Part shown: positions 7,944 to 16,293 of the stretch, piece after piece
How positions within the stretch are numbered: the first letter of the stretch is position 1
Layout: each line of letters opens with the position of its first letter
Made by a program: the position numbers and the translations under genes
Notes under the pieces: model-generated
What the model was told of the DNA's origin: nothing
Databases searched by the model: none
The model's input: the letters and a program-made list of their open reading frames with translations, nothing else
Sequence record: OR525698.1
Strand: one strand, 5' to 3'
Length of the DNA: 64,000 nt
Origin: Escherichia phage vB-Eco-KMB43

Positions 7944-8699
7944 TTATACCTCATTCAGTTCTATATCAAGTTCATTTTCAATAATATAGGCATTAACTGC
8001 CCGTGCCGCATCATCTTCTGTGTCAAATCTTCCTATATACACACCGCGAACTTTAGCACCGTAATTACCTTGTTTTGGTACTTTGTAAACGTATCTATGA
8101 CGGGAACTTGCTGCTTTTTGGAGCTTCTTGCCATATTCAGACTTTGCATATTCTATATCATCAATCTCGTTTATACAAGACCTATCACCAAAATGTTTCA
8201 ACGCGGCAAGATTATATGCATACGCCGCGCCGATCTCGGAGGGAAAATATCCTAAATGTATCGACTTCCCATCCAACATTATTGCACCAGTCCAATAACC
8301 TTTATTCTTATTAAACGACACACCTTTATACTTCGAATATGTTTTGCATTTGGTCTTGCTCATATTCATATTATTTTGTTTGCGTGTCGTCTCTCTAAGG
8401 TTTTCAATGCGGCTATTATAACGATCTCGGTCTTTATGATCTATATACTTAGGACAATGACCATGAAACATATGATAGATAACACGGTGCATACGTTCGT
8501 ATCGCTCGCCAGTCCATACAATACGATACCCATCGGGGGTATCACTTCCAGCTAATCCGTTTATAACACCTTTTCGGTGCGGGTGAATCTTCCACCTAAG
8601 AAAACCATCATCATAATAAAACCGTGAATGATATAAATCATATAAACGTTTATCTTCTGGAGTCTTGTGTATAACCTCATATTTTAACATTGGTGACAT
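7944..8699 (-). CDS. free-standing HNH homing endonuclease with a C-terminal AP2 DNA-binding domain
   Basis: HRVIYHMFHG..IDHKDRDRYNSRIENLRETTRKQN (HNH) followed by YKGVS...W.A.I...GK..HLGYF.....AA.AYN.AA (AP2). The 5' end overlaps the dam 3' end by 23 nt. Confidence 0.85.
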   Translation of the reverse strand: MSPMLKYEVIHKTPEDKRLYDLYHSRFYYDDGFLRWKIHPHRKGVINGLAGSDTPDGYRIVWTGERYERMHRVIYHMFHGHCPKYIDHKDRDRYNSRIENLRETTRKQNNMNMSKTKCKTYSKYKGVSFNKNKGYWTGAIMLDGKSIHLGYFPSEIGAAYAYNLAALKHFGDRSCINEIDDIEYAKSEYGKKLQKAASSRHRYVYKVPKQGNYGAKVRGVYIGRFDTEDDAARAVNAYIIENELDIELNEV

Positions 8700-9492
8700 A
8701 AACTTCCTTAGTATCGGATTTTTTACCCCCGCTACGATCTAAACAATATGTTTTATCCAGTTCAACAACAGAAACATCATTACGTTCGATAAAATCGAGC
8801 AAATGGTTGTTAACTTTCCCTTTGTGGTGAGTAACATTGCTTAATCCAAACTTAGCACCGCTAGACATTAATGATTCTATCCACATGTAGAATTTAATCT
8901 CTTCTTCTTCACTCCAGAACTTATTATATTCTGCCGACGTGATCCAATATGGCGGATCAAGGAAAACGAAATCACCTGGCAAGATCTCGATCTCGTCATA
9001 GCGACCAGACGTAAAACTGATTCGACCGTCTTTGTTTTCTTCCTTAAAATTCAGGACACGCTCTACCGCGTTTTCGTTAAAAGTCCGGCGACCAAAATTA
9101 GCATTAAATTCGCCCTTCCGGTTATGGCGGTTAATGTTGCTAAAACTATGCTGAATCAACACAAACAGCGATAGCGGATCTGGATTCTCATTATACTTCT
9201 TACGGAATGCCATGTAAGCGTCTTTATCTTCGCGAGACAAACCATTTTCGGCAATAATCCGCTTGATCGTAGAAACCGGATCAGGACACTCGTCAATGGC
9301 CTTGTAAGCGTCAATTAAGCGGTGATCATAGTCATTAGCCAGCACATCCCCTTCGACGTACAGAGACACGCTCAAGCCGCCACAAAAGGCATCAACAAAG
9401 CGGTTATAGTGCTTAGGGAAATACTTACTAACACCGGGCAATAACTTTTCCTTATTGCCAGTATAGGGAATTAAACCTAATGCTTTCTTCAT
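8677..9492 (-). CDS. dam: DNA adenine methyltransferase (Dam, GATC type)
   Basis: YTGNK..LLP....FP.....FVD.FCGGLSV N-terminus and a DPPY motif, as in recalled T4 Dam. Confidence 0.9.
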   Translation of the reverse strand: MKKALGLIPYTGNKEKLLPGVSKYFPKHYNRFVDAFCGGLSVSLYVEGDVLANDYDHRLIDAYKAIDECPDPVSTIKRIIAENGLSREDKDAYMAFRKKYNENPDPLSLFVLIQHSFSNINRHNRKGEFNANFGRRTFNENAVERVLNFKEENKDGRISFTSGRYDEIEILPGDFVFLDPPYWITSAEYNKFWSEEEEIKFYMWIESLMSSGAKFGLSNVTHHKGKVNNHLLDFIERNDVSVVELDKTYCLDRSGGKKSDTKEVYVTNVKI

Positions 9493-9923
9493 TATCCCTT
9501 CCTCAAATAAGTTCGCTCAATCTCTACCAGTTCGAAAAATTCATTCCAATCACACGGAAAATTGCAGTTTCCAAAATGGTCTTCGTTATAGAGTTCTTTA
9601 CCGGATGGCAGCTTAATATCTGTTACAGTATACCAACCGCAACAATCGCAATCACCCTCAGCAACAGAAACCTTCGTAGGAATTTGCATCATTGCTAGAT
9701 AGGTCGGTACGTCAGACTGTTCAAAGATCATGTAACCTTCATGGTCAAACGAGACAAAATTGTCATCACCCAAAAAAGGAATGTAATGGTCATAATCGGT
9801 TACAGGTTGACCGTGCAATTCCCATTCTACAATTTTAACATTACCACTAAACTTTATACCCATAATTTCAACAAGAAAATGAGTATCGTCAATGTAAATC
9901 TTACTAGGAGTTGGATAAACCAT
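9492..9923 (-). CDS. hypothetical protein (143 aa)
   Basis: Long ORF. Its stop overlaps the dam start (TAATG). SD variant GAGGATTATATA. Confidence 0.65.
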   Translation of the reverse strand: MVYPTPSKIYIDDTHFLVEIMGIKFSGNVKIVEWELHGQPVTDYDHYIPFLGDDNFVSFDHEGYMIFEQSDVPTYLAMMQIPTKVSVAEGDCDCCGWYTVTDIKLPSGKELYNEDHFGNCNFPCDWNEFFELVEIERTYLRKG

Positions 9924-9933
9924 TATATAATCC

Positions 9934-10227
9934 TCATATCTCAGAGAATAGAATCTCTGTTAGCTTCACTGACTGCTCTCTGAATGTTAGCGTATACTCG
10001 AAAGGAAAGTCAACACCCAACTTCAAAAGAGAATAGCCTACCGCCTCTTTATGCTTATCGGTTAGGGCGATCCTAACCAATTCCCGTTGAATCTCTTTAG
10101 GCGGTGAATGGATAGTAACACGGGTATCATGCAATGTCCAGTCACCATTACGAATTAAGATTAACGGTTTATCGTCATTGAAGATCACCGACCCCTTTCC
10201 GGTCGGTGAGTGTTTTATACTAATCAT
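9934..10227 (-). CDS. hypothetical protein (97 aa)
   Basis: ORF track 9934..10230 starts at TTG. ATG 10227 overlaps the upstream stop. Confidence 0.6.
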   Translation of the reverse strand: MISIKHSPTGKGSVIFNDDKPLILIRNGDWTLHDTRVTIHSPPKEIQRELVRIALTDKHKEAVGYSLLKLGVDFPFEYTLTFREQSVKLTEILFSEI

Positions 10228-10441
10228 CAAATTCTAAGAAATATTCTGGAACGATATAACCGTTAAAGTCATTACACTTATAAAAATGTGGTGCATTTAA
10301 TGCTGGATGAGCATTAGTAAAGAGTTTACCCTCTAGAAACAGAATGTAATTAATAGGTCTAATACCGACAGAATCAGGGTCTAAACCTTTTTCTTTCAGT
10401 TCAGCCAGCGTTAAAACTCGTCCAGATCGTAACTTAGCCAT
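10220..10441 (-). CDS. hypothetical protein (73 aa)
   Basis: ORF with an 8-nt overlap to the upstream gene, suggesting translational coupling. Confidence 0.6.
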   Translation of the reverse strand: MAKLRSGRVLTLAELKEKGLDPDSVGIRPINYILFLEGKLFTNAHPALNAPHFYKCNDFNGYIVPEYFLEFDD

Positions 10442-10727
10442 GATTTACCCCTAATTCATCAAGATTATGTCGCAGCATTTCAGAGTATTTTTCTACTTCC
10501 TTGATCTTAGTGTGGATCTCCACGATCTCATCTTCACTATCAGAAAGTTTAATGGCAATAGCGAGCGTGCTTTTACCCGCTTTCACAGTCTCTTTCAGTT
10601 CAGCCAACAGGTCAGCGTGTTTCAATAGTAATTCTTCACGTCGAACATAAGCGACGGTCAAAGCCTCATCAGCAATTTCTAAAGCGTTTTCAGCGACACC
10701 AACAACCATTTTACGAGTAGACAGCAT
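10434..10727 (-). CDS. hypothetical coiled-coil protein (97 aa)
   Basis: ORF with heptad-like, E/K/L-rich sequence. Confidence 0.6.
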   Translation of the reverse strand: MLSTRKMVVGVAENALEIADEALTVAYVRREELLLKHADLLAELKETVKAGKSTLAIAIKLSDSEDEIVEIHTKIKEVEKYSEMLRHNLDELGVNHG

Positions 10728-10741
10728 AAATTCACCTCACA

Positions 10742-11050
10742 TTATTTCACGTTAACGCCGTCATCAATCCAGCCGACGCTATTTGGTTTAACAGTTTTAC
10801 CATAGGATGCATACTTAATCAAGCATGGTTTAACATCATTATCAAATCTTCCTAAACGTACTCCCAAATCAGGAATATCCATGTATGCGGCTTTATATCC
10901 CCATGTGCCATATTCAGAATCAATCTCAACCGGACGGCCTTTAAAAGCATACACTACACCGTGACGGTCAACGATAACATAACAATAACCAGCCGGAAGA
11001 TACACAGTTTCGCCGTAAACTTTAACTGGAGTAGCAGAAGAGATAAACAT
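10742..11050 (-). CDS. hypothetical protein (102 aa)
   Basis: ORF directly downstream of promoter cassette 11085..11113. SD is GAGGATTATATT. Confidence 0.65.
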   Translation of the reverse strand: MFISSATPVKVYGETVYLPAGYCYVIVDRHGVVYAFKGRPVEIDSEYGTWGYKAAYMDIPDLGVRLGRFDNDVKPCLIKYASYGKTVKPNSVGWIDDGVNVK

Positions 11051-11084
11051 AATATAATCCTCACATCGTTCATTTGATGCGGCT

Positions 11085-11113
11085 ATTATAGATTAACCGC
11101 ATTTTCATGTCAA
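11085..11113 (-). promoter_or_regulatory. sigma70-type early promoter cassette
   Basis: TTGACA-17-TATAAT. Inverted repeat GCGGTTA/TAGCCGC flanks the -10. Confidence 0.8.
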
Positions 11114-11120
11114 ACAGTTT

Positions 11121-11429
11121 TTAAAAATCTTCTTCCGGTTTATATCGACCGTCATCGACTGGTTTTGGACTGAATCCTTTATGCGTGCGCGGCTTCGCTT
11201 CCGGTTTACCAGCAATCATCAAACCAAAACATTTCAGCCCCTTATAACACATAACAATATCAACCACGGTCCACGTTATAGGCCATAAGATTGCAGCAAT
11301 ACAAAATGCTCCTGTATCGACCTCTTTGGTGTCCTTGTCGAATCTGGCGTACAAGCAGAATACTAGATACGAGATCATTGCACCAGTAGTCCAGATATAA
11401 AGCACATTAACAATATCTTGTGTTGTCAC
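11121..11429 (-). CDS. hypothetical membrane protein
   Basis: Two hydrophobic helices (GAMISYLVFCLY, CIAAILWPITWTVVDIVM). GTG 11429 follows TAAGGAGGATAAT. ATG 11459 or 11495 are alternative starts. Confidence 0.55.
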   Translation of the reverse strand: MTTQDIVNVLYIWTTGAMISYLVFCLYARFDKDTKEVDTGAFCIAAILWPITWTVVDIVMCYKGLKCFGLMIAGKPEAKPRTHKGFSPKPVDDGRYKPEEDF

Positions 11430-11439
11430 ATTATCCTCC

Positions 11440-11718
11440 TTACATGTCTTGCAGTGCATAAAAGCATTTTTCTTCGTAGTCATAGAAAATGTCAAAGTAT
11501 GCTTTTTCTACATACTCACCATTGATCCAAGCGGCAGTAACAATCAGAGTGGTCCAGTTAGATCCGCTCTCAACGGTAAAGGTTTTAATACCCAGCTTCA
11601 CAGCAAGGTCACGAGCAAACTGGTCACAACCACGGCAGGAAGTGATATTGGAAGTTTTGATTTTAAAGCCACCGCGAGTTTTAGAAATTTCTACTTTAGC
11701 GAAAGACAGGTTGCTCAT
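11440..11718 (-). CDS. hypothetical protein (92 aa)
   Basis: The track ORF 11440..11775 reads through the promoter. ATG 11718 follows AAGGAGAATCAAA. Confidence 0.65.
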   Translation of the reverse strand: MSNLSFAKVEISKTRGGFKIKTSNITSCRGCDQFARDLAVKLGIKTFTVESGSNWTTLIVTAAWINGEYVEKAYFDIFYDYEEKCFYALQDM

Positions 11719-11760
11719 TTTGATTCTCCTTAAGAAAGTGTGTTTCGTTTTGATGTGTGT

Positions 11761-11789
11761 AGTATAGGGGATCACCGATCCCCTGTCAA
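11761..11789 (-). promoter_or_regulatory. sigma70-type early promoter cassette
   Basis: TTGACA-17-TATACT. Spacer palindrome GGGGATCGGTGATCCCC. Confidence 0.75.
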
Positions 11790-11806
11790 CAACTTTTTTT
11801 ATGATT

Positions 11807-12061
11807 TTAGTGAATTAACTCTACACCAAAATGAGGCACAGAGAACGCCTTACGAAACACATATTCATCATGTTTAGGAATCGCGCCTAACCTCTCTATT
11901 TCGCTCGCTAACACGATAAACTGTTTATCTGGTGCATATGCCTTGTGTGCTTCAACAACGCACGGAAAACGCGTTTTAGAGAGTTCTGGATAGTTTTCTG
12001 AATCCAGAAGGACAATGAATACCCTGTTACATTGATTGTAGAATCCTGTTTTTGATTTCAT
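11807..12061 (-). CDS. hypothetical protein, distant member of the small FP..VE paralog family
   Basis: FPCVVEA...FIVLASEIERLGA...DEYVF. The start is ambiguous (12061, 12103 or 12127) and overlaps the upstream ORF. Confidence 0.5.
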   Translation of the reverse strand: MKSKTGFYNQCNRVFIVLLDSENYPELSKTRFPCVVEAHKAYAPDKQFIVLASEIERLGAIPKHDEYVFRKAFSVPHFGVELIH

Positions 12062-12365
12062 CAAGTTTTCTTCTCTGTACAATTCGTGCAATCTTCCTTT
12101 CATGATTTCGTTGGTTCTTGTCTTCACAGTTTACCCACTCAACAAGATCTTTACCTAACTCGAAAGCCCATTCTCGGTCTTGCTTTACATTTTGTAGGTA
12201 TGGACTTTCCGACACTCGACGAAGTGATCTTGTCGTAACAAGAATGATCCCAGGAATGTTCGGATGTTCCTTTCCATATACAATAGGACGCGAGTCACTA
12301 TCAATACCCTGTAAGAAGGTGTATCCTGAATCACTTAGGATCATATACATTTTCATTTCATACAT
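12027..12365 (-). CDS. hypothetical protein, distant member of the same family
   Basis: RPIVYGK...ILVTTRSLRRV...REWAFELG. ATG 12365 follows GAGGAAACTGTG and overlaps the upstream stop. Confidence 0.55.
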   Translation of the reverse strand: MYEMKMYMILSDSGYTFLQGIDSDSRPIVYGKEHPNIPGIILVTTRSLRRVSESPYLQNVKQDREWAFELGKDLVEWVNCEDKNQRNHERKIARIVQRRKLDEIKNRILQSM

Positions 12366-12622
12366 CACAGTTTCCTCAACCAGTTATTAAAGCGAGTAAA
12401 CCATGATGCTTTTCGTGCTTCTTTTACTTTATATGCACGCAAACCACTGAAACACCATTCATAATCATCACTGAAACATGATTCAACAGGAACACCCGCA
12501 TTTCGTAGTTCTCTGGTCTTTATCATGAATCCTTGACATAAGGGGCGACCTTCAACAATGATAGGAAGTTTAACTTTTTCCATGAAAGTATACCCAGCAC
12601 GGTCAATAATTTCAATCTTCAT
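12365..12622 (-). CDS. hypothetical protein, small paralog family (85 aa)
   Basis: MKIEII...FMEKVKLPIIVEG...TRELRNAGV...YEWCFSG, clearly paralogous to 12633..12845. Confidence 0.65.
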   Translation of the reverse strand: MKIEIIDRAGYTFMEKVKLPIIVEGRPLCQGFMIKTRELRNAGVPVESCFSDDYEWCFSGLRAYKVKEARKASWFTRFNNWLRKL

Positions 12623-12632
12623 AATATAATCC

Positions 12633-12845
12633 TCAATTAGTTATAGCGCGTGCTTCGTTGCCAGTAAAGCACCATTCATACTTACGATTATGAATACCTG
12701 AAACAGATACACCAGCTTTGATCAATTCTCCAGTTGCCACAAGAAACGATCCGCCAAACTTCTTACCTTCTACAACAATTGGTAATTCAACACCTTTCAT
12801 AAAGCTAAATGCAATATCTTCTAAAGTAAAAATTTCAATTTTCAT
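12633..12845 (-). CDS. hypothetical protein, small paralog family (70 aa)
   Basis: MKIEIF...FMKGVELPIVVEG...TGELIKAGV...YEWCFTG. Confidence 0.65.
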   Translation of the reverse strand: MKIEIFTLEDIAFSFMKGVELPIVVEGKKFGGSFLVATGELIKAGVSVSGIHNRKYEWCFTGNEARAITN

Positions 12846-13089
12846 TTACATTATCTCCATAGATCTTTCCAGCAATATCAATTTCACCAGCGCGAACATC
12901 TAGGATAAGATGCGGTAGGTGAATGCAGTTTTCCCACCCTACGCGCTTCATTTCTGAAACAGTGACGTAAGCCCATCCGTTCGCTGTAATAAAGTCTACT
13001 TCAACCTTGAGAGGAAAGCAAGACTTTTCTATGTTTTCAAATCCGATAATGTGTTTTGTCGTTGAATATGGAATATATCCGGTGATCAT
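12835..13089 (-). CDS. hypothetical protein, distant member of the same family (84 aa)
   Basis: FPLKVEVDF...YVTVSEMKRVG pattern. Overlaps its neighbours by 4 to 11 nt. Confidence 0.55.
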   Translation of the reverse strand: MITGYIPYSTTKHIIGFENIEKSCFPLKVEVDFITANGWAYVTVSEMKRVGWENCIHLPHLILDVRAGEIDIAGKIYGDNVNEN

Positions 13090-13520
13090 TTTGTGATCTC
13101 CTTATACTCAACACACCATAAGCGGGTAGCCCATGATAAACGCTCATAACGCTGGCAGAAATCGGACCATAGATATTGTGTACCGTCTTGCATGGTTGAA
13201 ATATGCGTTTTCTCACCTACTTTCACGAAAGAAGTATTCGATTTTGTGATCTCGACCGGAGTATATCCGAAAGCTGGTTCCAAGTCAACATCTGAACTAA
13301 ATGCTAATTTAACAGAATTTGTTTTTCTGACCGCTGTCCGGTTTCCTTCTGGGTATAGCACAGCAGGTTTAGCGCCTAAGCGGATAAACTCAGTGTTTTT
13401 AATAAACAGAATATCATGATAACCGTCATATTCCGACACTTCCATAGTAACAGGAAAATCGACAGGTTCTAAACCTGGTAGATCTCGCATATCATGAAAG
13501 GTCGCCATCAACTTTTTCAT
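13086..13520 (-). CDS. hypothetical protein (144 aa)
   Basis: Start moved to ATG 13520 after GAGGAATATAGA. The FPVTMEV...IKNTEFIRLG segment resembles the family motif. Confidence 0.6.
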   Translation of the reverse strand: MKKLMATFHDMRDLPGLEPVDFPVTMEVSEYDGYHDILFIKNTEFIRLGAKPAVLYPEGNRTAVRKTNSVKLAFSSDVDLEPAFGYTPVEITKSNTSFVKVGEKTHISTMQDGTQYLWSDFCQRYERLSWATRLWCVEYKEITK

Positions 13521-13530
13521 TCTATATTCC

Positions 13531-13728
13531 TCACTCTTCTGTTTCATTTCTTTTATATGGTACTATAACAGGATTAATACAGCAAGCACCAATTACGTTA
13601 TGAGCACCACAATTTAAGCATTTATAATCATGGAACTTATTAAGGAATCGCCCGAACTCATAACCGACCAACGCCGAGTGTACTTGAGTCTCGATCTCAT
13701 CCATATCAGCCAATGTTTTAACCTTCAT
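13531..13728 (-). CDS. small Cys-containing hypothetical protein (65 aa)
   Basis: Start moved to ATG 13728 after GAGGATTATATT. Contains CLNCG...CC. Confidence 0.6.
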   Translation of the reverse strand: MKVKTLADMDEIETQVHSALVGYEFGRFLNKFHDYKCLNCGAHNVIGACCINPVIVPYKRNETEE

Positions 13729-13738
13729 AATATAATCC

Positions 13739-14029
13739 TCAAATACTGGTTTTGCGAAGATGGTCATTACATGCTTTTAATGCATCAGTCGCGGTGTCAT
13801 AGCGAGTATTATCATAGCACCAATAACCATCTGTCAACTGATAAATTAATCCATCCTTTTTAGCGTCGATGAAAGACAATTCTTTGAAAGTTTCTACTTT
13901 CTTTGCTGATACTCCACGGTCACGGCGTTTATAGAGTTTAGCTAAAACGCGTTCAGCTTGTTCCTCTTTATCGCCAGACAGATCCCAGATGACGTTTCTG
14001 ATATGCTTGATTAATTGTTCAGTGGTCAT
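13739..14029 (-). CDS. hypothetical protein (96 aa)
   Basis: ORF downstream of promoter cassette 14060..14087. SD is AAGGAGAATCAAAT. Confidence 0.65.
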   Translation of the reverse strand: MTTEQLIKHIRNVIWDLSGDKEEQAERVLAKLYKRRDRGVSAKKVETFKELSFIDAKKDGLIYQLTDGYWCYDNTRYDTATDALKACNDHLRKTSI

Positions 14030-14059
14030 ATTTGATTCTCCTTAGTTGGTATGGTTATC

Positions 14060-14087
14060 ATTATACGGGGATTTCTCCCCGTGTCAA
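14060..14087 (-). promoter_or_regulatory. sigma70-type early promoter cassette
   Basis: TTGACA-16-TATAAT. The spacer is the hairpin CGGGGA-GAAA-TCCCCG. Confidence 0.8.
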
Positions 14088-14090
14088 CAA

Positions 14091-14312
14091 TTAAATGATC
14101 TCTGCTTCACCGTTAAGGAAGAAAGACCATGTTTTGTTAGGATAGCGAAGCGCCCATGATTCAGCAGTTTTAACACCAGCTTCAAACAATTGACGGCTGG
14201 TTACTTTAGCCATACCATCTTCGATGGCAACGTTTTCAATAATCATCGGGTACTTAGCGCCACGCATGAAACCGAAGCCAGCGGAAGATTTGATAATTTT
14301 AACAGTTGCCAT
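14091..14312 (-). CDS. hypothetical protein, small paralog family (73 aa)
   Basis: FGFMRGAKYPMIIEN...TSRQLFEAGV...WSFFLNG. Has its own promoter cassette. Confidence 0.65.
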   Translation of the reverse strand: MATVKIIKSSAGFGFMRGAKYPMIIENVAIEDGMAKVTSRQLFEAGVKTAESWALRYPNKTWSFFLNGEAEII

Positions 14313-14353
14313 TTTTGATTCTCCTAGAAAGTGTATCTCGTTTCGATGTGTGT

Positions 14354-14382
14354 ATTATGCAATAACACAGGATCGCTGTCAA
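14354..14382 (-). promoter_or_regulatory. sigma70-type early promoter cassette
   Basis: TTGACA-17-CATAAT. Leader ACACACATCGAAACGAGATACAC...AGGAGAATCAAAAATG. Confidence 0.75.
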
Positions 14383-14400
14383 CACTTTCTAAGAAAAATT

Positions 14401-14685
14401 TTAAACTAATCGAATGTAGCCCAGAATTTCAGCACCTTTAGCCAGACCTAAAACTTCCCATTCAAGGTCGCCGTAGTCATAATTTGCAACCATCAACTGA
14501 CCATTTTTCATGCAGCAATCATGAGAGAAAATTTGCCCCGCATAAACTACGATAGTAATAAACTTTCCTGATTCTGGCGGTGTGGAAGACAAAGCGACCA
14601 TATGACCATTCAGCTTAGTCACCAGTGATGGAACAATAAAATTCGGGCTTACCTGAATACCGTTAAATTCGTTTGTGTCTTTCAT
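14401..14685 (-). CDS. hypothetical protein (94 aa)
   Basis: ORF with an ATGA overlap to the upstream gene. Confidence 0.6.
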   Translation of the reverse strand: MKDTNEFNGIQVSPNFIVPSLVTKLNGHMVALSSTPPESGKFITIVVYAGQIFSHDCCMKNGQLMVANYDYGDLEWEVLGLAKGAEILGYIRLV

Positions 14686-15032
14686 GCCATACCCCTTAAA
14701 ACACTAATAGCATAATCATGCTGGTTATTCATAATATCAATTGCATTGTGATAACGAGCTAAACCATCAAGGATAAATTCTTGTTTATCCTGTTTCAGTT
14801 TGGTATCACGCGCAGCCATAAGAGCATCAAGAACAGGTCCAAAGTGATTATCTAATTCATCTTCGGTTGCAATATTTCCTATTGCCTCGTCGATCCGTGA
14901 TTCTAATGCTTGCTTTTCGTTGATCACTTGCTGGGTATATTCCAACACATCAAGAATATCGCGGGTAACGTCGCCATGATAAGGTATTCCCGCATGAAGA
15001 TGATCAATTAATCGCTGAATATCAATGTTCAT
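14682..15032 (-). CDS. hypothetical protein (116 aa)
   Basis: ORF with an ATGA overlap to the upstream gene. Confidence 0.6.
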   Translation of the reverse strand: MNIDIQRLIDHLHAGIPYHGDVTRDILDVLEYTQQVINEKQALESRIDEAIGNIATEDELDNHFGPVLDALMAARDTKLKQDKQEFILDGLARYHNAIDIMNNQHDYAISVLRGMA

Positions 15033-15367
15033 TTGTAACCCTCCTCTGAAAGCACATCCCAGATCGTTGAGTCAAGGTGCATTAAATTCCACATAATAGA
15101 GTCATAACTACCGAAGCCAGAAGTAAAAATTACATCACACTGGCGATATGTCTTATGAAAATCGGTGGCTGTCTCTGCATCAATCGGCATATCGTCACCT
15201 GAAAGCACCAGACATTTAAGAATCATAACTCTGTTAGCCGTTGGCGCTTGCTTAGTCTTTTCAGCATATTTTTCGATGATCCGTTTTGCCTTTTCTTCTT
15301 TGATACGTCCAGACCAAATCCGGTTTCGGTATTGATTCATAATAATTTCAATCACATCATTTTGCAT
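15029..15367 (-). CDS. hypothetical protein (112 aa)
   Basis: ORF that overlaps the upstream gene by 11 nt. Confidence 0.6.
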   Translation of the reverse strand: MQNDVIEIIMNQYRNRIWSGRIKEEKAKRIIEKYAEKTKQAPTANRVMILKCLVLSGDDMPIDAETATDFHKTYRQCDVIFTSGFGSYDSIMWNLMHLDSTIWDVLSEEGYK

Positions 15368-15566
15368 TCTTCACGGTCTCCATAATTGTTTTGTAAGCCA
15401 GTTTAAGATGATCACCGAAAAACTTTGCGGTGTTACCCTTCGGATCGCGGAGCATGGTTTCTACGATCTCATCGGCAGTAACAATTTCTCCTTTCTTTGC
15501 TGCATGTTCTACCATATACTTCAAAGTTTCTTCGGAAGCAAGTGCTGCCGCTACTGGATTAATCAT
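15357..15566 (-). CDS. hypothetical protein (69 aa)
   Basis: First gene behind promoter cassette 15597..15625. SD is AAGGAGAATCAAAA. Confidence 0.6.
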   Translation of the reverse strand: MINPVAAALASEETLKYMVEHAAKKGEIVTADEIVETMLRDPKGNTAKFFGDHLKLAYKTIMETVKNAK

Positions 15567-15596
15567 TTTTGATTCTCCTTTGTTGTCGATGTGTGC

Positions 15597-15625
15597 ATTA
15601 TGCTATACCCTATTCCGGTTGTCAA
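15597..15625 (-). promoter_or_regulatory. sigma70-type early promoter cassette
   Basis: TTGACA-17-CATAAT, directly after terminator 15631..15662. Confidence 0.8.
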
Positions 15626-15630
15626 CACCT

Positions 15631-15662
15631 AAAAACGAAAAAGCCACCCTTTCGGATGGCTT
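15631..15662 (-). terminator. intrinsic terminator
   Basis: GCCATCC-GAAA-GGGTGGC followed by TTTTTCGTTTTT. Confidence 0.85.
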
Positions 15663-15894
15663 TTGATTATATTTTATTCACGTCCATTTGTATAGTAGTG
15701 TTTGAATCGACCTTTGCTAAACTAGTTAAACATAGTAACCAATTCACCATCCCTTTCCAATGATAACCCTTCCTCGTCTTAGACGGGTCTTCCGATTCGG
15801 CAGTAATTGAACACGCGAAAGTATGAGGAAGCCAAATAGTTGTCTTAATGCTAGTATTCTTTTACTTCTGGTATGCATCCCACGGTGACTAACA

Positions 15895-16293
15895 TTAAGA
15901 CAGTCGAGTGAGTTTATAAATTGTTTTAAAACATAGAGCTTTGATATCGTCTAAAACGCTCTGTAACGAGCTATCAACATCATTATAAATCTCACTAGCC
16001 ATTTGCGTTAACTCTTGCAAATAGGCAATTTCGCTAATCTCCTTGCGGACGACCAACGTTGGCTGATAACGACCAGTGATCCCAATATTGGTTTCAGTGA
16101 AATCATCAACCAATTCTTGCATTTCAAGATAGAACTCTTCTAGAGCCTTATGTTTTGCATAAGATCCAGGACCAGTTACCCCAAAATGCGCAGAATGCAT
16201 ATAAGTAACACTCATCAGACATTCACCGATAAAGCGGTCAACTTTATTAGCTTTCCCCTCTTCGGACGTCTTTCGAAAATCACTGAATTTCAT
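15895..16293 (-). CDS. Dps/ferritin-like four-helix-bundle protein (132 aa), tentative
   Basis: HSAHFGVTGPGSYAKHKALEEFYLEMQELVDDFTE fits the Dps pattern H[WF].V.G..F..H...EE.Y......D...E. Start moved to ATG 16293 after GGAGAATCGAGAAC. The track ORF extends spuriously to 16392. Confidence 0.55.
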   Translation of the reverse strand: MKFSDFRKTSEEGKANKVDRFIGECLMSVTYMHSAHFGVTGPGSYAKHKALEEFYLEMQELVDDFTETNIGITGRYQPTLVVRKEISEIAYLQELTQMASEIYNDVDSSLQSVLDDIKALCFKTIYKLTRLS

